Shown here: positions 37,313 to 46,461 of the stretch, one piece after another
How positions within the stretch are numbered: the stretch's first letter is position 1
Layout of the letters: each line of letters opens with the position of its first letter
NCBI GenBank assembly: GCA_017466525.1
Contig: JAFTTY010000038.1
Coordinates: forward strand, 468 to 64,467
DNA length: 64,000 nucleotides
Reading direction: 5' to 3'
Source: Alphaproteobacteria bacterium
GTDB lineage: Bacteria > Pseudomonadota > Alphaproteobacteria > Rs-D84
Made by a program: the position numbers and the translations under genes
The notes under the pieces: model-generated
Told to the model about the DNA's origin: nothing
Seen by the model: the letters and a program-made list of their open reading frames with translations, nothing else
Database searches by the model: none

Positions 37313-39706
37313 TTATTTTATTACAAAGTTAACCAGTTTCTTTGGCACCACAATCGTTTTGATTATTGTTGCACCTTCTAATTTGTTGCCGGCCGCACTT
37401 TTTGCCGCTGCAACAATAGCATCTTCATCTGCGTTCGCAGGGACAACGAAGTCTGCCGCACGCTTACCATTAACAGATACAACGATTGTCATTTCCGTTG
37501 CAATCAATTTAGACGCATCGTACGTCGGCCATTGTGCAAATACCAACATGTCCGCATGCCCCAACTTTTCCCACATTTCTTCGGTCAAGTGTGGTGCAAA
37601 CGGATTCAACATCTGCAACAATGTTTCATACGCAGGGCGGGGCATTTTACCACCAAAGGCGTTCAAATATTCCATCATCGCAGAAATTGCCGTATTAAAC
37701 TTCATATTTTCCAGACGTTCTGTCACATCTGCAATCAATTTATGCACCAAGCGTTCTTGTTCCGCCGTCATCGCATCATCGGTCAGATTATCCGACAATG
37801 CCTCTACACGTTTCAAGAAACGTTCAACGCCACGCAATGTATCTTCGGACCAGTTTGCACTTTGTTCCCATGGCCCCAGATACAATATCGCCATGCGACA
37901 TGCGTCTGCACCACTGCGTGCGACGACATCCGAACTTGGCACCGTGTTTCCACGCGACTTTGACATCTTGGAACCATCGGCCGCCATAATCAATCCGTTA
38001 CTTGTGCGCTTTTTATATGGTTCAACACCTGGGACATATCCCAAATCGGCCAATGCCTTGTACCAGAAACGCGAATACAGCAAATGACGTGTTGTATGTT
38101 CCATACCGCCATTATAATGATCGACCGGCATCCATTTATCCAACTGTGCACGCGAACAGAATTCATCATTATTCTTGGAATCAAGATAGCGCAAGAAATA
38201 CCAAGATGAACCCGCCCATTGTGGCATAGTATCCGTTTCGCGTTTCGCCGGCGCACCACAATGCGGACATGTTGTATTTACCCAATCTGTGGCACGCGCC
38301 AATGGACCTTCACCATCATCTGTTGGCTTATAATCAGACATATATGGTTGCATTAATGGCAATTCAGATTCTGGCACCGGCACCCATCCACACTTTTCGC
38401 AATAAACCAGCGGGATTGGTTCACCCCAATACATCTGACGTGAAAATCCCCAATCCTTTAATTTATACTTGGTTGTACCACGTGCAAAACCATGTTCTGT
38501 TCCATATTTAATCGCGGCTGCAATCGCTTCGTCTTTGCCCATACCATCCAAAAAGGATGAATTTATATGCTTGCCATCACCTTCCCATACCTGGTCTGGT
38601 TCACCACCGGCCAACACAGGAATGATTTCCAACCCGAACTTTTTTGCAAAGTCCCAGTCACGACTATCATGTGCAGGAACCGCCATAATTGCGCCAAAAC
38701 CATAATCTGCCAAAACATAATCGGAAATAAAGACCGGTATTTCACGACCATTAAATGGATTAACTGCCTTTATACCCTGCAATTCGACACCTGTCTTTTC
38801 GCGTGTAACGTCTGTACGTTCGATTTCTGATTTTGCACGTGCTGCTGCGATATATTCACGCACCTGATTTGGATTTGTAATTTGTCCTTCGTCCAGCCAC
38901 TTTTTCACCAGCGCATGTTCCGGCGCAATAACGCAGAATGTCACGCCAAAGATTGTATCAACGCGCGTTGTATAAACAGTCATAGTGTCGTCACCAACAC
39001 GGAAATCAACATCTGCACCATGTGAACGACCAATCCAGTTAATCTGTTCTGTTTTTACACGTTCTGGATAATCAACCAAGGCCAAATCATCAATCAATCT
39101 GTCTGCATACTTTGTAATTGCCAAATTCCATTGCAATTTCATCTTTTTTTCAACCGGCCCATGACAGCGTTCACAACAACCATCTTCCAATTCTTCATTG
39201 GTCAGATTTGTTTTACACGCCGGACACCAATTCATTGGCAATTCAGACTTATACGCCAAGCCTGCCTTAAAGAACTGAATAAACATCCATTGTGTCCATT
39301 TGATAAATTCCGGATCAGATGTCGCGACCGTTGATTCTGGGTCAAAAGACAGGCCCATAATCGAAATATCACGTTCAAAAATCTTGATCAATTCCGCAAC
39401 AGATTCACTTGGGTGTTTACCTATCTTGGTTGCATAGTTTTCAGACGAAATACCCATTGAATCGTATCCGATTGGGAACAACACATCATACCCACGCATA
39501 CGACGCCAACGCGCCAACACATCCATACCCGTATACGGCAACATATGTCCCACATGCAATCCAGAACCCGAAGGGAAGGGGAATTCAATCAAATTATAAT
39601 ATTTTGGTTTTGTTCCATCATTTTTTGGTGTAAATGCACGCGCATCCATCCATTTTTTCTGCCATTTTGATTCACGGTCATGAATTTTTTTCATATCGTC
39701 TGCCAT
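37313..39706 (-). CDS. leuS: Leucine--tRNA ligase
   Basis: 797 aa with HVGH (GLHVGHML), KMSKS and a CP1 editing domain. Confidence 0.97.
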   Translation of the reverse strand: MADDMKKIHDRESKWQKKWMDARAFTPKNDGTKPKYYNLIEFPFPSGSGLHVGHMLPYTGMDVLARWRRMRGYDVLFPIGYDSMGISSENYATKIGKHPSESVAELIKIFERDISIMGLSFDPESTVATSDPEFIKWTQWMFIQFFKAGLAYKSELPMNWCPACKTNLTNEELEDGCCERCHGPVEKKMKLQWNLAITKYADRLIDDLALVDYPERVKTEQINWIGRSHGADVDFRVGDDTMTVYTTRVDTIFGVTFCVIAPEHALVKKWLDEGQITNPNQVREYIAAARAKSEIERTDVTREKTGVELQGIKAVNPFNGREIPVFISDYVLADYGFGAIMAVPAHDSRDWDFAKKFGLEIIPVLAGGEPDQVWEGDGKHINSSFLDGMGKDEAIAAAIKYGTEHGFARGTTKYKLKDWGFSRQMYWGEPIPLVYCEKCGWVPVPESELPLMQPYMSDYKPTDDGEGPLARATDWVNTTCPHCGAPAKRETDTMPQWAGSSWYFLRYLDSKNNDEFCSRAQLDKWMPVDHYNGGMEHTTRHLLYSRFWYKALADLGYVPGVEPYKKRTSNGLIMAADGSKMSKSRGNTVPSSDVVARSGADACRMAILYLGPWEQSANWSEDTLRGVERFLKRVEALSDNLTDDAMTAEQERLVHKLIADVTERLENMKFNTAISAMMEYLNAFGGKMPRPAYETLLQMLNPFAPHLTEEMWEKLGHADMLVFAQWPTYDASKLIATEMTIVVSVNGKRAADFVVPANADEDAIVAAAKSAAGNKLEGATIIKTIVVPKKLVNFVIK

Positions 39707-39835
39707 TTTTTCTGCCTCAAATTATATTGTTATTAAAAGCACCACAAACTTTACCCACCAAGGCACAAAAATTCAAGATATTTCTTAGCTTTCATCAATT
39801 TTTATGTTATAATTCTCAAAAATCAGGAATCAGAC

Positions 39836-40255
39836 ATGAAAAAACTATTATCATCTTTATCTCTTATGCTTATTTTAACCCCGGCATTCTCAGACAATAA
39901 AATGTCATTGGATCCAACAATGAATGGTTTATCATACAGCACAGATGCCATGACATGGACGGTCACCTTTGCCGACCATACTTCATTGGGACTGGCATGG
40001 TGTTCGGGACGCGACAACCCACACGATGGCGACCACGACGGCGACACAAACAACATCAGCACAGTTGGTTTAAATTGCTGGTGCAAAATGATACAACCGT
40101 ACGAAAGTTTGATATGGGTATTCGCCCTGGATGTTGAGGATATGGGTGGCGATATAACAGACTGTCTGAAACATTGCCCCGAAAAATGCGCCCAGAATGT
40201 CACGATGGATCAGCCGACACGCGAATATCTTTACGCGACAGACTATGGTTTTTAA
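39836..40255 (+). CDS. Small secreted protein, Cys- and His/Asp-containing (139 aa)
   Basis: Signal MKKLLSSLSLMLILTPAFS. HDGDHDGD stretch and 6 Cys. No known motif. Confidence 0.5.
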   Translation: MKKLLSSLSLMLILTPAFSDNKMSLDPTMNGLSYSTDAMTWTVTFADHTSLGLAWCSGRDNPHDGDHDGDTNNISTVGLNCWCKMIQPYESLIWVFALDVEDMGGDITDCLKHCPEKCAQNVTMDQPTREYLYATDYGF

Positions 40256-40296
40256 CAATTGACCGACACCATAATTTTATATTAAAATGCAAACAA

Positions 40297-40971
40297 ATGA
40301 ACAAATTACACAAAATTTTATGGTCAATAATCAGCGGTGCAATTTGCATCCTCTATCGTTCTGAATGCATGGCAGATTGGGCAACTTCTGGCTATTGCTG
40401 TACCCGAAATGTAACGGGATACCAAGAATACACTAATAAAACACAATATGATTCATGGTTACACTTTTGCTCAGAGGCCAGCCATTATTCCTGGGTAAGC
40501 AACGATAGAGAAATATCGGCAAACCATATGGTGTTACACTATTGCCCATCGGGAACCTATCTGTCCAGTTGTATAACCAAGAACGGCCAAACGATATACA
40601 ATATAACACAAGATCAAATCAAAAATTGTTTGTCCACAAAACTATTCTGCGCTAAATGCCCATACGATGGCACACTGAGCAGCAGCACAATAATGATAAC
40701 AGGCAATAACAGCCCTCAAACACGATATTTTTGCACTACACAAAATCTGGAAACCCAGGAGGGCACACCAACGGGCACTAATTACAAACTATATACCATT
40801 GAAATTAATTGCGACCAATGCCCCACTGAACCACAAATAAAAACTATTGGCGATTGTTACATGCCAAAAACCGCCGATAATCGTAGTGATCCACAGCCCA
40901 TAATAAATTCAATATACGAAAACAAAATGGGATACTTCCATGTAATGAACGACGACTGTCACGCAAAATAA
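40297..40971 (+). CDS. Secreted cysteine-rich protein (224 aa)
   Basis: Internal ATG 40297 gives a hydrophobic N-terminus (MNKLHKILWSIISGAICILY). Motifs CPSGTYLSSC, CAKCPYDG and CDQCP are reminiscent of the giant protein at 1-5243. Confidence 0.5.
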   Translation: MNKLHKILWSIISGAICILYRSECMADWATSGYCCTRNVTGYQEYTNKTQYDSWLHFCSEASHYSWVSNDREISANHMVLHYCPSGTYLSSCITKNGQTIYNITQDQIKNCLSTKLFCAKCPYDGTLSSSTIMITGNNSPQTRYFCTTQNLETQEGTPTGTNYKLYTIEINCDQCPTEPQIKTIGDCYMPKTADNRSDPQPIINSIYENKMGYFHVMNDDCHAK

Positions 40972-40974
40972 ATA

Positions 40975-41922
40975 ATGAAACGCACACCCGACATATCAAT
41001 CATAGTATGCAACCATAATTACGCACAATACATTGGCGACGCCATAGAATCTATCAAAAACCAAAGCATCGCCGACTGGGAATGTATCATCATTGACGAC
41101 GCATCGACGGACACATCCATACCTGTAATAAAAAAGCATATCGGTCGCGACAAACGCTTTAAGTTAATCCAATTAAAACAAAAATCTGGCACCTCAATTG
41201 CCCGGAATAGGGGACTGGACAGTGCCCGTGGCGAATACATCGCATTCCTGGATTCTGACGATTGTTTTACAGAATACGCATTAGAAATGTTGCTGCACAT
41301 GGCCAAAACAACCGATGCCGATATGGTTGGTGGCGCAACAAATATGGTTCCCGACACATTCAAATACATACCATCAAAGCACCACGCCTGGAACGCAGGC
41401 ATAATCGGGGCCCGCAATAACCCATCTGCATTTGTATTAATGCCGAAAAGCAATAATTGGTGCTGGATTTGGCGCCGTATATATAAACGCAGCCTGATTG
41501 GCGACACACGTTTTTGTCCCGACTTTACCACATTTGGCGACGATTTAACCTTTATGCTAGACCTGTGCCATCGCGCCAACTTTGTTGTCGAAACGACCAA
41601 CATATCCGTATATCATCGCATACACAGCAATGCGATTACATCTTCTGCATTTAATCCGCGTTATTTCGATTGGTTCCCAAAATACTTTGAATACATCGAA
41701 AAAAATTTATTAGATAAATACGACAGTCATTTTTGGCGTATATTTTATCGAAATACATTTGGATACCTATTATACGAAACAACATTCCGCCCAAAACACA
41801 CAGGCAAATACGCAACCGAAGGACGCGACGCCTTACTTGCGTCTGTAAAACACATTCCACGTCGCTATTTAACAACAAAACAACGCATATTGTGCAGATT
41901 CTTGACATGGATAAAAAAATAA
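40975..41922 (+). CDS. Family 2 glycosyltransferase
   Basis: ISIIVCNHNYAQYIGDAIESIKNQS...IIIDDASTD...AFLDSDD (GT-A fold, DxD). Confidence 0.85.
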   Translation: MKRTPDISIIVCNHNYAQYIGDAIESIKNQSIADWECIIIDDASTDTSIPVIKKHIGRDKRFKLIQLKQKSGTSIARNRGLDSARGEYIAFLDSDDCFTEYALEMLLHMAKTTDADMVGGATNMVPDTFKYIPSKHHAWNAGIIGARNNPSAFVLMPKSNNWCWIWRRIYKRSLIGDTRFCPDFTTFGDDLTFMLDLCHRANFVVETTNISVYHRIHSNAITSSAFNPRYFDWFPKYFEYIEKNLLDKYDSHFWRIFYRNTFGYLLYETTFRPKHTGKYATEGRDALLASVKHIPRRYLTTKQRILCRFLTWIKK

Positions 41923-42863
41923 ACATTCTTTACACATTCGATACCAGATTCTGGCGATTGGCTGCCGTATCCATGTATTCACTATTAAAGAACAAAAAAC
42001 CGGACAGCGCACACACAATATATTGCATGGTCGCACCACACACACGCGGAAAACGCCAAATACAAAAAATAATTCAACGTTTTCCAAACACCAATCTGGT
42101 TTGGCGAGCAATAAAAAAACAAGAAAACCCATTTCGCAACCACGATTTTTCCAGATGGTCACCTGTGATATTTTATCGTTTGTTTGCCGGCAAAATTTTC
42201 CCAAACATTAATAAATTACTATATCTTGATTCTGACACATTAATTTACGACGACGTTTCAGAATTATACAACACAGACATATCAAAACATACGCTTGCCG
42301 CGGTCCCAGACATGGCCCCACGCGAAGACCCAAACAACCCAAACGGCAAATACGTGTCCAACTTTGCAAAAGAACACCTAAAAAATGGCACATATTTTAA
42401 CAGCGGCGTATTATTAATAAACACAAAAAAACAAACAGAAAGCATTGCGTTATTAACACAAACTAAAGTAAAACTTAAATATCCAGACCAAGACATTTTA
42501 AACGTCGCATTACAGACCCAAATAAAACCATTAGATTTAAAATACAACACTGCACCGGGTGCCCCATATATTCCGAAACACTTTTCAAAAAAGCAAGCCA
42601 CAGATGCCACAAAACACCCAATAATACATCACTTCTATGTCGCAAAGCCATATCACTATCAATATATTCCACGCGACACATATTCTGCTTTTTACAAAGC
42701 CGCAACCGCAATTGGCATGCACCCAGACGACTTTTTAAAACACGAGGTCAAACACCTGCGACGCCGGAACAAAGCCGCAAATCAACCCTCAAAAACATTA
42801 TCGCCATTACGAGTACACAACGATAAAATCACATTTTTTGGAATAACAATTATTCGCATATAA
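41907..42863 (+). CDS. Family 8 glycosyltransferase (RfaJ/LgtC-like)
   Basis: INILYTFDTRFWRLAAVSMYSLL...YRLFAGKIFPNINKLLYLDSDTLIY...YFNSGVLLIN. ATG 41907 overlaps the GT2 gene end. Confidence 0.8.
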   Translation: MDKKINILYTFDTRFWRLAAVSMYSLLKNKKPDSAHTIYCMVAPHTRGKRQIQKIIQRFPNTNLVWRAIKKQENPFRNHDFSRWSPVIFYRLFAGKIFPNINKLLYLDSDTLIYDDVSELYNTDISKHTLAAVPDMAPREDPNNPNGKYVSNFAKEHLKNGTYFNSGVLLINTKKQTESIALLTQTKVKLKYPDQDILNVALQTQIKPLDLKYNTAPGAPYIPKHFSKKQATDATKHPIIHHFYVAKPYHYQYIPRDTYSAFYKAATAIGMHPDDFLKHEVKHLRRRNKAANQPSKTLSPLRVHNDKITFFGITIIRI

Positions 42864-42901
42864 ACAAAATACAATCAATCAGATAACAGACAACATTTAA
42901 A

Positions 42902-43624
42902 CTATTTATCAACATTAAAACACGCCAAAAATTCAACATTACCACTGCCGCCACGTATCGGCGATTCCGTTACACCACACAGACTAAAACCACACCTTTC
43001 AAAAGATTCCACAACACGTCCAACCGACCATTCGTGCCATTCATCAGACTTTATAACACCATTATATTTTGACGCAACTTCCCGGGGGACTTCAAACTGT
43101 GGCTTTATCAGCACAATCACATATTTTGCACCCCACTGTGGCAAAACATCCACAATATTCGTTAACGACACAAACGAAACATCTATCACTATTAAATCAA
43201 CCGACGCCAACGGGGGCAGGGTGCGAATATCAGTCTGTTCCAAAGACACAACGCGCGAATTTTCGCGCAAATCCGACACCAACTGATTGGTACCAACATC
43301 AACCGCATAAACACGGGCCGCACCACGCTTTAACAAAACCTCTGTAAAACCACCAGTACTGGCACCAACATCCAAACACGCCATACCATCTGGATTTATC
43401 TTAAAGTAATCCAACGCGTGCTCTAACTTTAAACTGCCACGACCGCTAAAATAGGGCAAATCACACCCAACCAGCACATCCGCCTCTGTAACCATCTGAC
43501 TCGGCTTCTTGGCAACCACACCGTTAACCGTCACCAACCCTGCATCAATTGCAGCCACCGCTTTGGCACGACTGGGATATATTTTTTGCAAAACTAACGC
43601 CTGATCCAATCTCATAACTAACAT
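42902..43624 (-). CDS. tlyA: TlyA-family rRNA 2'-O-methyltransferase
   Basis: S4-like N-terminus (MRLDQALV...RAKAVAAIDAGLVTVNG) plus FtsJ fold (LDVGASTGGFTEVLL...AVDVG). Confidence 0.85.
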   Translation of the reverse strand: MLVMRLDQALVLQKIYPSRAKAVAAIDAGLVTVNGVVAKKPSQMVTEADVLVGCDLPYFSGRGSLKLEHALDYFKINPDGMACLDVGASTGGFTEVLLKRGAARVYAVDVGTNQLVSDLRENSRVVSLEQTDIRTLPPLASVDLIVIDVSFVSLTNIVDVLPQWGAKYVIVLIKPQFEVPREVASKYNGVIKSDEWHEWSVGRVVESFERCGFSLCGVTESPIRGGSGNVEFLACFNVDK

Positions 43625-44047
43625 AATACTGCATTAATACACAAAAATCAACCATCACGCAAACACCACCATAATATATAAAGCAAAAACAAAACACAAC
43701 TCTACAAAATAAAACCAATTTATTAACATCATACTCCGCCCCACCACACCATTTTTATGTAAAAACACCCCGAAAACCGCAGAAATCCGGCATTTTTTGC
43801 ATTTTTGACGGCCAAAATAGGGCATTTTTTACTTTTTTTTACCACCACAACAAACATCTCAACAAATTATTGAAAAACAACTTTAATAAAACATTTTTTC
43901 TATCTGTTTTGACAAATATATTAAAAATATATCCAGACATAAAAAACATCACACAAATGACATTTAACCACAAAAAAAAACTCACACAAACACCAACCAA
44001 AACAAACCTCTAATCACAGCAACACATAAAACCCACACATCAATACA
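43625..44047. other. Long non-coding, G-poor (A/C-rich on the + strand) spacer
   Basis: No ORF of 60 aa or more on either strand. By eye the + strand is strongly depleted in G. Confidence 0.6.
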
Positions 44048-44244
44048 ATTGCATCGGTAAGGCTAAACAAGCAAGAACTGCATATTATGTATATGTTTTG
44101 GATTGCGTCAGCAAGGCTAAACAAGCAAGAACTGCATATTATGTATACGTTTTGGATTGCGTCAGCAAGACTAAAAAACCCAGCACAAACAAGCAAGAAC
44201 AGCATATTATGCATACGTTTTGGATTGCGTCAGCAAGACTAAAC
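44048..44244. repeat. Tandem repeat, about 3.4 copies of a 54-bp unit (third copy carries a 14-bp insertion)
   Basis: ATTGCGTCAGCAAGGCTAAACAAGCAAGAACTGCATATTATGTATACGTTTTGG-like units start at 44048, 44102, 44156 and 44224. Confidence 0.9.
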
Positions 44245-44347
44245 TATACATAATATACATTATGCGCCTTTTGTGTTCGCCTTTACCCGACAAAAAAAAC
44301 AGGACTTTTTCGCCCTGCTTTTACAAAATTCAAAAACTAAAAACACA

Positions 44348-44938
44348 TTAATGCTTTGTCACTTTTTTTATTTTCTGAATCTTTTTTATTTGCCCCAGCG
44401 CGCCATCAGCAACACCAGACGCAAATTTAGTCACTTCCTTAATGCCTTTTTTCAAATCGCTTTCTTGAATTGCCCCTGTTTCAACCGGTTCTACATCAGA
44501 ACAACAAAACGGACATTTTGTCGCAGAATTACTGATATTTGATGTACAGTACGGACACGCATGCGTATTCGCAGGCTTTTTGTCGCGCATCTTGTTCATC
44601 GTACGAACAAACAAGAATATCGCAAACATCGTTATAAAGAAACTAACAATCGAATTCAAGAACAGCCCCAAATTCAACGTTGTTGCGCCTGCCGCCTGGG
44701 CCTGGGCAATCGTTTCGTATGTCGCGCCTGCTTCACCGCCGCCCAAGACAAAGAACCACTGAGAAAAATCAACACCACCAATCAACAATCCAATCGGTGG
44801 CATAATAACATCTTTTACCAACGAATTCACAACGCTAGTCATCACACTACCAACGATAATACCGACAGCCATATCGATTGCATTACCGCGCTGAACAAAC
44901 GTACTAAACTCTTTTAACAAACCAGCTTTTTTTGCCAT
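44348..44938 (-). CDS. mscL: Large-conductance mechanosensitive channel MscL with C-terminal zinc-ribbon-like extension
   Basis: KEFSTFVQRGNAIDMAVGIIVGSVMTSVVNSLVKDVIMPPIG is the MscL core. The extra ~55 aa contains CPYC...CPFC. Confidence 0.85.
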   Translation of the reverse strand: MAKKAGLLKEFSTFVQRGNAIDMAVGIIVGSVMTSVVNSLVKDVIMPPIGLLIGGVDFSQWFFVLGGGEAGATYETIAQAQAAGATTLNLGLFLNSIVSFFITMFAIFLFVRTMNKMRDKKPANTHACPYCTSNISNSATKCPFCCSDVEPVETGAIQESDLKKGIKEVTKFASGVADGALGQIKKIQKIKKVTKH

Positions 44939-44941
44939 TTT

Positions 44942-45511
44942 TTACTCCTTTTCTTTATTGTTAGAATAATCTTCTATTGCATTTAAAACCTTGGCCAAGG
45001 TTTTTCGCAAATTTTCATCGCGCGTCTGCACCGTTATATCTGCCAACGCATACGTTTCATATCTTTCGTTTATCAACTGACCCAAAATCTTACGACTATC
45101 CGCATTCAGCAACTGTGGGCGTGTATCGCGCGAATTTGTCCGTTTTACCAGCAAATCCAAATCCGCACGCAACCAAACAGACAAGGCACGCGCCAAAACC
45201 ATTTCTCGAACCGCAGGGGTTATAAAGGCCCCCTCGCCCGTTGAAATCACTTTTAACGCAGGCGGTGTATCCAGCAAGCGTTCAATCACACGCTGCTCTA
45301 CACGTCGAAATTCTTCTTCGCCATACATTGAAAAAATGTCGACAACACTACAGCCTGCCGCCGCTTCTATTTCTTTATCAGAGTCAACAAAGGGTATCCC
45401 CAAGCGGCGCGCCAACGCACGACCAACACTGGTCTTACCTGCCCCCATCAAGCCAACCATAACAATCGGCCTATCAATAAAATCTTCGTATTCTTCGTTT
45501 AAATCACTCAT
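44942..45511 (-). CDS. aroK: Shikimate kinase
   Basis: VMVGLMGAGKTSVGRALARRLGIPFVDSDKEIE. ATG 45511 is preferred over the hydrophobic track extension. Confidence 0.85.
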   Translation of the reverse strand: MSDLNEEYEDFIDRPIVMVGLMGAGKTSVGRALARRLGIPFVDSDKEIEAAAGCSVVDIFSMYGEEEFRRVEQRVIERLLDTPPALKVISTGEGAFITPAVREMVLARALSVWLRADLDLLVKRTNSRDTRPQLLNADSRKILGQLINERYETYALADITVQTRDENLRKTLAKVLNAIEDYSNNKEKE

Positions 45512-45609
45512 AACGACACTAATAATAACAAAAATCAGACCATAAACAATAAAAAAACTGGACAAACATAAAAATCGACACTATAATTTCCAAAAAAGGA
45601 TTTTGTACA

Positions 45610-46368
45610 ATGCTAGACTACGGATTAAAAGACAAAGTTGTTATCATTACCGGCGCCACTGGCGGCATCGGGCGCGCCATCGCATCAGAATTCTATGATC
45701 TGGGCGCACAAACAGTCCTAACAGGACGCAACCACGAAAAATTATTTGCAATATGCGACGCATTACACACAGACCCAAAAAAAGGCCTGGAACCACTATG
45801 CATTCCACTAGACCTGACCGCAATCGAAGCAGAAGAAACACTGATACAAGAAACACAAAAGAACTTTAATCGCATCGACGTACTAATCAACAACGCTGGA
45901 CGCGTTGACAGCCGCATGTTCTTGAAATCAGACCCTGTATTTTTACAAAACATGATACACCTTAACATGATCGTACCTTACAATTTAAGCAGACTTGCCC
46001 TGCCCCATATGCTACGCAATAAATACGGTCGCATAATCAGCATGACATCCATCGCCGGCGCAATGGGCGACGCAGCAATGTCCGCATACGCCGGCAGCAA
46101 AGGCGGAATGGCAGCATTTACAAAGGCAATTGCCGCCGAATACGGCCGCCGTGGCATTACCGCAAACTGCATTGCACCCGGCATCATCGACACAGAAGCG
46201 GCCCACACAATTCCTGCCCAACGTCGCAAAGAATTACGCGACATCAACCCAATGCGCCGCTTTGGCAAACCAGAAGAAGTCGCATATTTAGCAGCATTTC
46301 TGGCATCAGAACGCGCCGCCTATATAAACGGGCAACAAATTCACATAAATGGCGGTATTATTCGATAG
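45610..46368 (+). CDS. fabG: Short-chain dehydrogenase, FabG-like 3-oxoacyl-ACP reductase
   Basis: TGATGGIGRAI, NNAG, and YAGSKGGMAAFTKAIAAEYGRRGITANCIAPGIIDT. Confidence 0.72.
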   Translation: MLDYGLKDKVVIITGATGGIGRAIASEFYDLGAQTVLTGRNHEKLFAICDALHTDPKKGLEPLCIPLDLTAIEAEETLIQETQKNFNRIDVLINNAGRVDSRMFLKSDPVFLQNMIHLNMIVPYNLSRLALPHMLRNKYGRIISMTSIAGAMGDAAMSAYAGSKGGMAAFTKAIAAEYGRRGITANCIAPGIIDTEAAHTIPAQRRKELRDINPMRRFGKPEEVAYLAAFLASERAAYINGQQIHINGGIIR

Positions 46369-46371
46369 ACC

Positions 46372-46397
46372 AACCCCGAACCATCGGGGTATTTTTA
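46372..46397 (+). terminator. fabG terminator
   Basis: CCCCG-aaccat-CGGGG followed by TATTTTT. Confidence 0.65.
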
Positions 46398-46461
46398 TTT
46401 ATTTTTAATAACATCGTTTTTATGTTATAATCATCACATAATATCTGAGAGAGGAAATTAC

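Noticed and set aside
44014-44214. 66-aa minus-strand ORF (…FSLADAIQNVYIICSSCLFSLADAIQNIYIICSSCLF…)
   Set aside because: Its internal peptide repetition is simply the translation of the 54-bp tandem DNA repeat. It has no SD and sits in the non-coding spacer.
44048-44244. Possible CRISPR array
   Set aside because: The units are contiguous 54-bp tandem copies with no unique spacers between them. There are only about 3.4 copies, no cas genes in the window, and no palindromic repeat core.
43625-44347. Chromosomal replication origin
   Set aside because: I found no TTATCCACA/TGTGGATAA-type DnaA boxes and no TTAA-N7-TTAA CtrA boxes by eye. No dnaA, hemE or parAB neighbours are present. It cannot be excluded without a whole-genome GC-skew analysis.
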